Of a stretch of DNA of 14,219 nucleotides, positions 1-6,847 are shown one piece after another. The notes under the pieces are model-generated. The model saw nothing but the letters and a program-made list of their open reading frames with translations. It was not told the DNA's origin and made no database searches. Both the position numbers and the translations under genes were made by a program. Origin of the DNA: Nitrosopumilus sp. (GTDB lineage Archaea > Thermoproteota > Nitrososphaeria > Nitrososphaerales > Nitrosopumilaceae); contig JAOTUX010000007.1 of the NCBI GenBank assembly GCA_029863665.1, positions 1 through 14,219 on the forward strand, given 5' to 3'. Within the stretch, counting starts at the first letter, position 1. Each line of letters opens with the position of its first letter.

Positions 1-372
1 CTAATTAGAAGACAATTAAATTCATATCAAAAGATTGAACTGTCTTTTTCACTATATGAATCACTAAGAAAAAAAGCACAACGAGGAACAAAGGGGAAAT
101 CATTATTGCCTGACTCTACTCGAAAAGTATTCTCAAGACAGTTGGGAATTGGATCAAACCTTGCACAGAAAGGTTTGTGGCTGCTAAAAAATGCAGATGA
201 ATTAACAAAGACAAGACTGCAAAATGGAACCATTACAATTGGTAACGCATATGAGAAAATGCATTCATCTGAACAAAAAAGAACAGGATACAAAACATTT
301 TCAAAATGCTCGAAGGTAAAATGCCCTCACTGTTTACGTGAGATGACAAAAGGAGAGTTGATCAGAATATGA
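1..372 (+). CDS. ParB/KorB-like HTH DNA-binding protein, C-terminal part with terminal Cys cluster (5' end lies outside the window)
   Basis: Frame 1 is open from base 1 to TGA 370-372; the tracked ORF 106..372 is only its Met-initiated tail. The stretch TRKVFSRQLGIGSNLAQKGLWLLKNADELTKTRLQNGTITIGNAYEKM follows the ParB-type HTH pattern. The protein ends CSKVKCPHC. Its stop overlaps the next ATG (ATGA at 369-372). Confidence 0.45.
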   Translation, partial: LIRRQLNSYQKIELSFSLYESLRKKAQRGTKGKSLLPDSTRKVFSRQLGIGSNLAQKGLWLLKNADELTKTRLQNGTITIGNAYEKMHSSEQKRTGYKTFSKCSKVKCPHCLREMTKGELIRI

Positions 373-530
373 ATTCTATTGTTGTTAAACGATGTACATG
401 TGCCAATAATTCTTTTACAAAAGATGTAGGTATTGGAGTCTGCATGAGATGTGGATTATCTTCATGCTCATGGTACGGATGTTTTGTTTTCGGATGTAAC
501 TGCTCTAGGGCAAAGGTGTTGAAAATATGA
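369..530 (+). CDS. Small Cys-rich (8 Cys in 53 aa) putative zinc-binding protein, absent from the ORF track
   Basis: Hand translation gives MNSIVVKRCTCANNSFTKDVGIGVCMRCGLSSCSWYGCFVFGCNCSRAKVLKI*. The ATG at 369-371 overlaps the upstream stop, and the TGA at 528-530 overlaps the primase ATG at 527 (ATGA at both ends). It exactly fills the gap between two co-directional genes. Confidence 0.5.
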   Translation: MNSIVVKRCTCANNSFTKDVGIGVCMRCGLSSCSWYGCFVFGCNCSRAKVLKI

Positions 531-2725
531 GTGACCATACCATTAAAGAAATCTACAAAAAGCAGGGAATCAACATTGTTCCAATTCCAAAAGGATCTGG
601 TAAAGCACTAAACATCAAGACAGGTTGGAGCAAATACCAGTATGAGATGTTTACAGGTGTAATACCAGATGACCAGGACTTTGCAGTAATTCTGGGAAGA
701 ATATCAGGCAATCTCATAGTACTAGATTTTGACAACTGTGATGATATCAACGAGATTAGTATGATGACACAAAATATTCTAAACAAAACTCTGGTGGTGC
801 GAACAGGGGACGGGTACCACGTCTACTTTAAGATAAATGAATTACCAGTACAGGCAAACACCTTTTTCTCAAAAGGAAAATACAGTATGGAGTTCAAAAG
901 TGATGGTGCGTATGTGGTTGGCGCATCATGCAACCACTATGACAAGGATGAGTCAGGACTGTACGTACTGACTGGCAAAAAATACACCATAATCTCAAAC
1001 ACCACATCAATCTATGATCTAAATGGTACTGCCACACAACTAATTGAGAAATTAAAAAATAATGGATGGATTCCAAAAAACCAAACAAATGGAAACGGGC
1101 ACCATACCATCATTCCAACCTCTGAGCTTGAAAAGGGAAACTGGTTATCTGGAGAGCGATACAACAATGGATTCAAGCTGGCACTAAGACGGTTCCATAT
1201 GGACTGGGAGTATGAAAAAATTCTAAACGAGGCAATAAAGATAAACAATTCATGCAATCCCCCACACAGCAATGTAGAGGTAGAGCGATGGGTAAATGAT
1301 GCGCATTCACAGTTTCAAAAAAACAGAGATGATCCTGAGCAAAAATACTTTAAACCTACAGATGATGAATCCAAGAAAGAAAAGAAAAACGCCAAGGCAC
1401 TAGTTGAGAACACATTACTTACAATCCAAAAGACTCACAATTTCAAGTGTCTGAGGGATTCAGATGAATTGTTGTGGTTTGATGGTAAAATTTACAGGCA
1501 AAATATTGCAGAGCCGCTAATTAAAGAAGAATGCGAGAAATGGATAGAGAACTGTAGCACATTTGATAGATGTGAAGTAATCAACAAGATAAAGGCGATA
1601 AACTATACTGACAGAGCTGAGTTTGACTCTGATCCTGACATTCAAACAGTTGAAAATTGTGTGTTAAATCTAAAGACACTAGAGACCATACAACACTCAC
1701 CATCAAATTTATCATGTGTAATGCTGCCAGTATCATACCATCCTATTGACATCAAGGTGAATACAGATTCCATTCTACAATATTTACATAATACACTGTT
1801 TCTAAAATATCTCACATCATGCTTTACCATAAATAGTAAGCTGGACCAAGAACAATTCTTTACAGTTTTAGAAATAATGGCATCATGTCTGATAAAAAAA
1901 CAGTTTGATAAAGCATTCATGTTTATTGGTTCAGGATCTAATGGTAAATCAGTACTACTTGATTATATAGAATCTCTTCTTGGTAAAGATAATGTCTCTA
2001 ACATTACAATCCATGACATTGAACTGGAACGATTCTCAAAGGCAGAATTATTTGGCAAGATGGCAAATGTATTTGCAGATATTGAAAGTAACGAGCTAAA
2101 AAAGACTGGAAACCTAAAGATTATAATTTCAGGTGACTCTATCACTGCTGAAAAGAAACACCGTCATCCATTCAAGTTCAAACCATACACAAAATTGATC
2201 TTCTCTGCAAATCGATTCCCATCAGTCCATGACCAATCTGATGGTTTCTTTAGAAGATTTGTAATTGTAAATTGGAAACGACAATTTACAGGAGAAGAAA
2301 AGAATCCAAATCTAAGAGAAGAACTAATTGCAGACAATGATGAGCAAAACAAGGTATTTTCTTTACTGGTTTTAATTGCAAGAAATCTTCGCATCCGCGG
2401 CAGATTCAAGCATGAGGACAACATTGAAGCACTACGCAAGCAATGGAATCAAAACAGTGATCCAATAATTCAGTTCATCAATGAGGTGGTAGTAGAGAAG
2501 GAAAATTCAGTGGTATCAAAGCGGGAGGTCTATTCCAGATATTGTGATTTTTGTATAGAACATGAAATTCCAGTTGTAACAATTAAGAGGTTTGGCATGA
2601 TCTTTGGCGAATATTACGAAACTGATCAAAGAAAAGATTCCAGTGGAATCAACAAAAAGTTCTGGATAGATATCCAGCTAAAGGTGCCTGTCATACAAAG
2701 GAGGTTAAAGGATTTTGATGCCTAG
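527..2725 (+). CDS. Bifunctional primase-polymerase (prim-pol) / D5-P4-type superfamily 3 helicase, replication protein of a mobile element
   Basis: The N-terminus carries the prim-pol signatures VLDFDN (DxD) and GDGYHVYF. The C-terminal half carries a P4/D5-type SF3 helicase: Walker A FIGSGSNGKS, Walker B-like NVFADIE, motif C IFSANRFP and arginine finger FFRRFVIVNW. A GGTG Shine-Dalgarno-like string sits 8-13 nt upstream. Confidence 0.9.
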   Translation: MSDHTIKEIYKKQGINIVPIPKGSGKALNIKTGWSKYQYEMFTGVIPDDQDFAVILGRISGNLIVLDFDNCDDINEISMMTQNILNKTLVVRTGDGYHVYFKINELPVQANTFFSKGKYSMEFKSDGAYVVGASCNHYDKDESGLYVLTGKKYTIISNTTSIYDLNGTATQLIEKLKNNGWIPKNQTNGNGHHTIIPTSELEKGNWLSGERYNNGFKLALRRFHMDWEYEKILNEAIKINNSCNPPHSNVEVERWVNDAHSQFQKNRDDPEQKYFKPTDDESKKEKKNAKALVENTLLTIQKTHNFKCLRDSDELLWFDGKIYRQNIAEPLIKEECEKWIENCSTFDRCEVINKIKAINYTDRAEFDSDPDIQTVENCVLNLKTLETIQHSPSNLSCVMLPVSYHPIDIKVNTDSILQYLHNTLFLKYLTSCFTINSKLDQEQFFTVLEIMASCLIKKQFDKAFMFIGSGSNGKSVLLDYIESLLGKDNVSNITIHDIELERFSKAELFGKMANVFADIESNELKKTGNLKIIISGDSITAEKKHRHPFKFKPYTKLIFSANRFPSVHDQSDGFFRRFVIVNWKRQFTGEEKNPNLREELIADNDEQNKVFSLLVLIARNLRIRGRFKHEDNIEALRKQWNQNSDPIIQFINEVVVEKENSVVSKREVYSRYCDFCIEHEIPVVTIKRFGMIFGEYYETDQRKDSSGINKKFWIDIQLKVPVIQRRLKDFDA

Positions 2726-2731
2726 TTATTT

Positions 2732-2821
2732 GGTAACTGATGTGCCAAACTTACTTTTCTACTATCTCGTCTTCTTTAATTATCTCCTTAGGAGAAAAAA
2801 AAGTAAGGGACATCGGTTACC
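2732..2821. repeat. About 90-nt imperfect inverted repeat (long hairpin or cruciform) immediately downstream of the primase-helicase gene
   Basis: The outer stem 2732-2743 (ggtaactgatgt) pairs with 2810-2821 (acatcggttacc): 12 bp with one G:T. Then cc 2745-2746 pairs with gg 2808-2809. The inner stem 2750-2758 (cttactttt) pairs with 2799-2807 (aaaagtaag). The 40-nt loop contains a mini-hairpin tctcc-tta-ggaga (2783-2795) and a T-rich run. Confidence 0.6.
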
Positions 2822-2877
2822 TTTTGCTTGCCCTAAAACTTGTCATATTAGACAAAAACAAGAGGTAATTTACTAAA

Positions 2878-3591
2878 TTGACTAGTCGCAAGCACTTTTC
2901 CTGGAAGGAATCCCTTATCCCGCAATCAAAAAGAGCAATACTGATAGAAAAAGACAACAAGCATTTCTACAAAACACCCCAAGGTCATACCTATCCTTCA
3001 GCAACTACCATGCTATCGCAAACCATGTCACCAGAGAAGAAAAACTCTTTGAAGGAATGGAGAAAAAGAGAAACAAAAGCAGATGAGATAACAAAACGTG
3101 CAACAGATATTGGCACATTTGTCCATAAACTAGCCGAAGATTATCTTAACAACAGGTATGATGATACAAGAAACCAAAATAGCATTGAAACACAACATTC
3201 TCAAATAATATGGAAACATTTCAGACAACTGCAACCATTTCTAAACAAGATGAATAACATCTGTGAAACTGAGATTCCGTTATACCATGACTATCTTATG
3301 TTTGGAGGAACGTCCGACTGCATTGCAGAGTATGGTGGAACCCTTAGCATAATTGATTTCAAAACAAGCAGAGCAGAAAAATATGAAGGATACATTGAAG
3401 ATTATTTTCTGCAGGCAACATTGTATTCAATGATGTACCACAATCAAACTGGAATCGCAATCTCACAGATTGTAATTCTAATATCTGGTGAAGATGGAAC
3501 ATCCAGAGAATTTGTAAAAAACATTGATGACTATGTAGACTTGTTGTTTCAAAGAATTTCTCAGTTTAATATTTTGGAGGCTAAAAATTGA
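2878..3591 (+). CDS. PD-(D/E)XK superfamily nuclease (RecB/lambda-exonuclease-like fold; not Cas4)
   Basis: Motifs in order are GGTSDCIAEY (D), LSIIDFKTS (D/ExK) and YFLQATLYSMMY (QxxxY). The N-terminal YPSATTML string is common in phage or plasmid exonucleases. There is no C-terminal 4-Cys cluster. Start is TTG with AGAGGT about 12 nt upstream. Confidence 0.75.
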   Translation: MTSRKHFSWKESLIPQSKRAILIEKDNKHFYKTPQGHTYPSATTMLSQTMSPEKKNSLKEWRKRETKADEITKRATDIGTFVHKLAEDYLNNRYDDTRNQNSIETQHSQIIWKHFRQLQPFLNKMNNICETEIPLYHDYLMFGGTSDCIAEYGGTLSIIDFKTSRAEKYEGYIEDYFLQATLYSMMYHNQTGIAISQIVILISGEDGTSREFVKNIDDYVDLLFQRISQFNILEAKN

Positions 3592-3860
3592 GAGAACCAC
3601 TCCTTGAAAGGTCTTTTGTTGTTACTTGTAAAAATAGACCACCAAAAAATGGCAAAAGTTGCACAGGATTGCTTGCAGGAGGCGCTTGTCGTGGAATTTG
3701 TACAAGATATGCAATCAAGACAAAGTGGGGACAAAAAAAATATGAATTAGGATTGAGGTTTTGCAGTTATTGTAGGGTGTGGTTTGATGATGAGTGTAAA
3801 ATTTGTTGCATATGCTGTAAAAAACGAGTTCGCCACAAAAGACGGGACAAACAAAAATGA
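3588..3860 (+). CDS. Cys-rich zinc-finger protein with a basic C-terminal tail (probable nucleic-acid binding)
   Basis: The 90-aa protein has several Cys pairs (CRGIC, CSYC, CKICCICC) and a tail KKRVRHKRRDKQK. Its TTG start overlaps the upstream stop and its TGA overlaps the downstream ATG (3857-3860), so it appears translationally coupled within the operon. Confidence 0.55.
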   Translation: MREPLLERSFVVTCKNRPPKNGKSCTGLLAGGACRGICTRYAIKTKWGQKKYELGLRFCSYCRVWFDDECKICCICCKKRVRHKRRDKQK

Positions 3861-4324
3861 GTTCAAGATCAGTACAGCATCTTCATTCGATTAATGTTCA
3901 AGATGAGTATGGTACTCCCAAGGAATTATTTCAAAATATCTGCAAAAAACATGACATTTATCCACAAATTGATATCTGTGCTAGTCATACAAACCATGTC
4001 TTACCAAACTATATCACAAAAGAGCAGAATTGTTTTGATCATTCCATAACAAAAGATTTTTTCATGAATCCTCCATATTCGCAAGTCTCCGAGTTTATGG
4101 AATTTGCATATTTGCAACACAAAACAAACAACGTGTCTTGCTTGATATTGACTTATTCCAAGACAGACACCATTTGGTGGCACAAATTTGTGGAAGGCAA
4201 ATCTAAAGTTCACTTTATCAAGGGCAGAATCAGGTTTTTAGATGAATGGGGTATTCCAACTAGCAATGTGGCACCGTATCCCAGCTGCTGGATTGTCTTT
4301 AGAAAAAATAGACATGAAAAGTGA
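3857..4324 (+). CDS. Phage-type DNA N6-adenine methyltransferase (small Dam family), apparently orphan
   Basis: YGTPKELF near the N-terminus, QIDICAS, catalytic FFMNPPYS (NPPY), then TIWWHKFV and FIKGRIRF. This is the order and spacing characteristic of the short phage Dam family. The protein is 155 aa. Confidence 0.85.
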   Translation: MSSRSVQHLHSINVQDEYGTPKELFQNICKKHDIYPQIDICASHTNHVLPNYITKEQNCFDHSITKDFFMNPPYSQVSEFMEFAYLQHKTNNVSCLILTYSKTDTIWWHKFVEGKSKVHFIKGRIRFLDEWGIPTSNVAPYPSCWIVFRKNRHEK

Positions 4325-4430
4325 GTGTGAACGAGTTTTCTACAAAGAGTAAAAATGGCATCCCCCCGCTTTAGGCAGGAAAACATGTTATGGTCGTAAA
4401 GCTTTAGAATGTCTAATCTAAGAAAATATA

Positions 4431-5141
4431 GTGAGATATCCAAAAATAGATTTTAAGAAAATTGATCAATTCAAGGAAATTACTAATGACGATGAAGCTT
4501 TTAGTCTAATCCGAGAAGAATTATCATTAATTATGTCTAAGTTAGAAAAGGAAACAGAGCCAGTAATTGAAACGCAATTAAAAAACTACATAATAATCAG
4601 ACTGGTAACTCTATTAGAAGTATTTTTTCAAAATCAGGTTGTAAATTTAATTGACAATTATAAAATAAAACATAGTGATTTGTTTGTAAATGACGAAATA
4701 TCGATTTCAATTTCTAGCTTAGATAAATTACAAAATGCAAGCAAGGGCAAAATTATTGCAACCAGCTTGTCCTTTCATTCTTCGTCAGACATAGATTTTG
4801 CTTTTTCAAAACTTCTAAATGTTGAATTTTTGACTCAAATTAAGAAATTTAATGTGAATGAAGAAATACCCAATCCTTTCGCTCAAAATTGGGATAAATT
4901 TTTTGAGATTTACCACGAACGACATAAAACGGTGCATTCTATCTACTTATGCAAAAAATATAGTAAAAAACAAATTCGACAAATAATAGATGCAGCAGAG
5001 TGGTTAACCGTTTTATCAAATATTGTGATAATGGGAAAAATTCTTGAAACTATGGAGCTTTCGTTCAAAAACATACAACCAAAATTATATCGATGGTTGA
5101 CTGCCAATTTTTTTAGAAAACCAAAAAAAAAATCTAATTAG
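4431..5141 (+). CDS. HEPN-domain protein (RiboL-PSP/MAE_28990-like), putative RNase toxin or abortive-infection component
   Basis: A canonical Rx4H motif, ERHKTVH (R164..H169, nt 4920-4937), lies near the C-terminus. It is preceded by a helix LKNYIIIRLVTLLEVFFQNQV and a segment IIATSLSFHSSSDIDFAFSKLL, which resemble RiboL-PSP-type HEPN families. The start is GTG; the first in-frame ATG is at 4533. Confidence 0.5.
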   Translation: MRYPKIDFKKIDQFKEITNDDEAFSLIREELSLIMSKLEKETEPVIETQLKNYIIIRLVTLLEVFFQNQVVNLIDNYKIKHSDLFVNDEISISISSLDKLQNASKGKIIATSLSFHSSSDIDFAFSKLLNVEFLTQIKKFNVNEEIPNPFAQNWDKFFEIYHERHKTVHSIYLCKKYSKKQIRQIIDAAEWLTVLSNIVIMGKILETMELSFKNIQPKLYRWLTANFFRKPKKKSN

Positions 5142-5347
5142 TTACAATTCACTTTCAGGCTCATAACTCTCTTCATCAACCAATCAATCTCCTCATTTGA
5201 AATCAAATTAGAAACAATATCTGCAGGAATTGCAGCAGAATCACACTTTGTTTTATCATTGAGTGATTTTAATTCCGAAAACCAGTTTCTCTTCTTATCT
5301 GAGTTCAGATTAACCTTCTTCTGATATGATTCAATTTTACACATCAA
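5138..5347 (-). CDS. Small hypothetical protein (69 aa), convergent with and overlapping the stop of the HEPN gene
   Basis: ATG-initiated ORF. Its coding strand is purine-rich like the other genes here. Its stop TAA (complement of 5138-5140) overlaps the TAG at 5139-5141 of the + strand gene. The pattern KKVNLNS / DKKRNWFSELKSL / IPADIVSNLISNEE is compatible with a beta-alpha-alpha (RHH-like) fold, but this is unverified. Confidence 0.4.
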   Translation of the reverse strand: MMCKIESYQKKVNLNSDKKRNWFSELKSLNDKTKCDSAAIPADIVSNLISNEEIDWLMKRVMSLKVNCN

Positions 5348-5440
5348 GAAAATAAATCGTCATACTACAAAGACTAATTGTCACACTTATCAAGAATTAA
5401 ATTTTTAATTTTTACAGATATTTTATACCCATGCTTCTTC

Positions 5441-5992
5441 CTAATTTTGTTCTGTATATTCTAGAGTCTGCTTTGAAATCCCAAATCTCTTGATATCCTT
5501 TGGTTTCAATTCCAATATTCTTGATTTAAGTTTTTGAATTTCTGCGTCCCAATCCATCATTTCATCTCTTATTGTTAACTGGCTTTGCATTATCATTACT
5601 TTAGGATTAGACATTACTTTTTCAAGAACTTCTATTATGTTTTCAATAAAAAAGCAATTATGTCTCCAACTGGCATACGGTGGATCATCATGTTTTTCAA
5701 ATTTGAATAATATGCCCTGAATTTTACCATTATCGTTATTATCTTCATGTAATCCTGCCCCATGAGCCAAGTTTCTTACTATTGCAGGAATGTTTAATGT
5801 ATAGTAGTTCTTTTTCTTCTGATCATTCATGTGAAGTTCTTTTAAGACATGTTTGATTAAATTTGAATAACCCTTACCCATGAATTTTTTGTCTAATCCA
5901 CTGTTAATGCTCTTAAACATATTTTCTACATAAAATAATGCCACTGTAAGGAAAGAAATTCTATTCATCAAATCCCAATTATATATTTCCAA
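5441..5992 (-). CDS. Hypothetical protein with a HEPN-like RNLAHG string; function unknown
   Basis: 183-aa ORF with a TTG start. VRNLAHGAG (R73-H77, nt 5762-5776) resembles the R-N-x3-H-G core of HEPN/Abi_C families but is one residue shorter (Rx3H). The C-terminal KRFGISKQTLEY looks HTH-like. The frame stays open and coding-like up to 6088 with no ATG/GTG/TTG. Confidence 0.45.
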   Translation of the reverse strand: MEIYNWDLMNRISFLTVALFYVENMFKSINSGLDKKFMGKGYSNLIKHVLKELHMNDQKKKNYYTLNIPAIVRNLAHGAGLHEDNNDNGKIQGILFKFEKHDDPPYASWRHNCFFIENIIEVLEKVMSNPKVMIMQSQLTIRDEMMDWDAEIQKLKSRILELKPKDIKRFGISKQTLEYTEQN

Positions 5993-6103
5993 AGGATTTT
6001 CCTGTTTTTTGAACTCTAGTCTTTTGTTGTAAATTGACTCGATAAAATCTCTGTAAGGATATGTTGGAGAATCGTTATAACAAATTTTTTATCTAAAACT
6101 ATA

Positions 6104-6691
6104 ATGAGTAACAAAACTCAATACCAATTAACACAAGAACAAGCAAAAAAAGCCATCAAAATGTGCCTAGACAATGCGTGGTCATATCTTGAAGATGCTG
6201 ACATGTATATCGCAAACAACAGAACAGAGCATATAGCAATCCCAATTGCATTTGCAATGGAAGAAATCGGAAAGGCGAAAATCATTTATGATAAAATAGA
6301 GAAAAATAATTCAAAAATTCTTTTGTCAAATGATAAAGATGGTATCTACGATCATACAACGAAAATAAAGAAAACAATTTCATTAATTGAACTAGATTTT
6401 GATGATGATGTAGGAGAAGCAGTGATGATAGAACAATTAACTTTTGGTGGCTCTTTTGAATTTGAATATTTTATTGATCAATCAAAAATTTCAGATAAAA
6501 TAAAACAAGAAAATGAATTAAAAGATATAGGAAAACAAGGACATAAGATACGACTTGCAAGTTCATTTGTTGGCTTTGATGCTACCACTAGTGAGCCTAA
6601 AATAAAAAAATCTACAGTAGACTTGACTAAACTCATCAAAGCATTATACCAAATCATAACTGGATATCCCTCTTCATTTAACACCTATTGA
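6104..6691 (+). CDS. AbiV-family (HEPN_AbiV-like) abortive-infection protein homolog
   Basis: The N-terminal LDNAWSYLEDADMYIANNRTEHIAIPIAFAMEEIGKAKIIY matches the hallmark AbiV pattern (nA..ll.dA..L.....A..l...A.EE.GKa). A DHTTKIK string follows. Its 195 aa is close to lactococcal AbiV (about 200 aa). This is motif-level recognition only. Confidence 0.55.
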   Translation: MSNKTQYQLTQEQAKKAIKMCLDNAWSYLEDADMYIANNRTEHIAIPIAFAMEEIGKAKIIYDKIEKNNSKILLSNDKDGIYDHTTKIKKTISLIELDFDDDVGEAVMIEQLTFGGSFEFEYFIDQSKISDKIKQENELKDIGKQGHKIRLASSFVGFDATTSEPKIKKSTVDLTKLIKALYQIITGYPSSFNTY

Positions 6692-6847
6692 CTCTAAAAG
6701 GTAGAAAAATTATTACAACATTAAACTATTAGGTTATGGTATATCTATAAAACAAAATAACAAACAAACCATTTTCTTGATATAGCAATAATTATGAAAT
6801 TATTTTTTCGCTAATAACCTTATTAATCAATTACATGGGGCCAAATT

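Noticed and set aside
27-293. Minus-strand 88-aa ORF at the window start
   Set aside because: It is antisense to the frame-1 ORF, which is open from base 1 and has a ParB-type HTH pattern. The translation looks like shadow-frame sequence.
553-2439. Six minus-strand ORFs (553..786, 894..1088, 1012..1272, 1642..1920, 1963..2145, 2164..2439) inside the primase-helicase gene
   Set aside because: All lie antisense to a 732-aa gene with clear catalytic motifs. Their translations are Phe/Ser/Leu-rich mirror products of an A-rich coding strand and carry no motifs.
2878-3591. Cas4 assignment for the nuclease
   Set aside because: There is no C-terminal Cys cluster for an Fe-S centre, and no CRISPR array or cas genes in the window.
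2878-4324. Reading the PD-(D/E)XK nuclease plus Dam methylase as a type II restriction-modification system
   Set aside because: The nuclease shows the QxxxY motif and the YPS-TT N-terminal string typical of RecB/lambda-exo-like recombination nucleases. The methylase belongs to the short phage Dam type that is usually orphan. I kept this as an alternative to test rather than a call.
4354-4380. G/C-rich patch (ggcatccccccgctttaggcagg, with a C6 run at 4362-4367) in an AT-rich spacer, considered as a tRNA fragment or att remnant
   Set aside because: I could build no acceptor, T-arm or anticodon-arm pairing around it, and there is no second copy in the window. It is probably just terminator or spacer sequence.
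4001-4443. Minus-strand ORFs 4001..4213 and 4210..4443
   Set aside because: They overlap the well-supported methyltransferase gene and the short intergenic region, and show no motifs.
6478-6684. Minus-strand 68-aa ORF inside the AbiV-like gene
   Set aside because: It is antisense to a gene with a recognisable family signature and has no features of its own.
4385-6745. Shared gttatggt / aggttatgg strings flanking the HEPN islet (near 4385 and 6731) and inside repeat copy 2
   Set aside because: With only 8-9 bp of identity, a chance match between AT-rich spacers of this size is plausible. This is insufficient to call islet boundaries.
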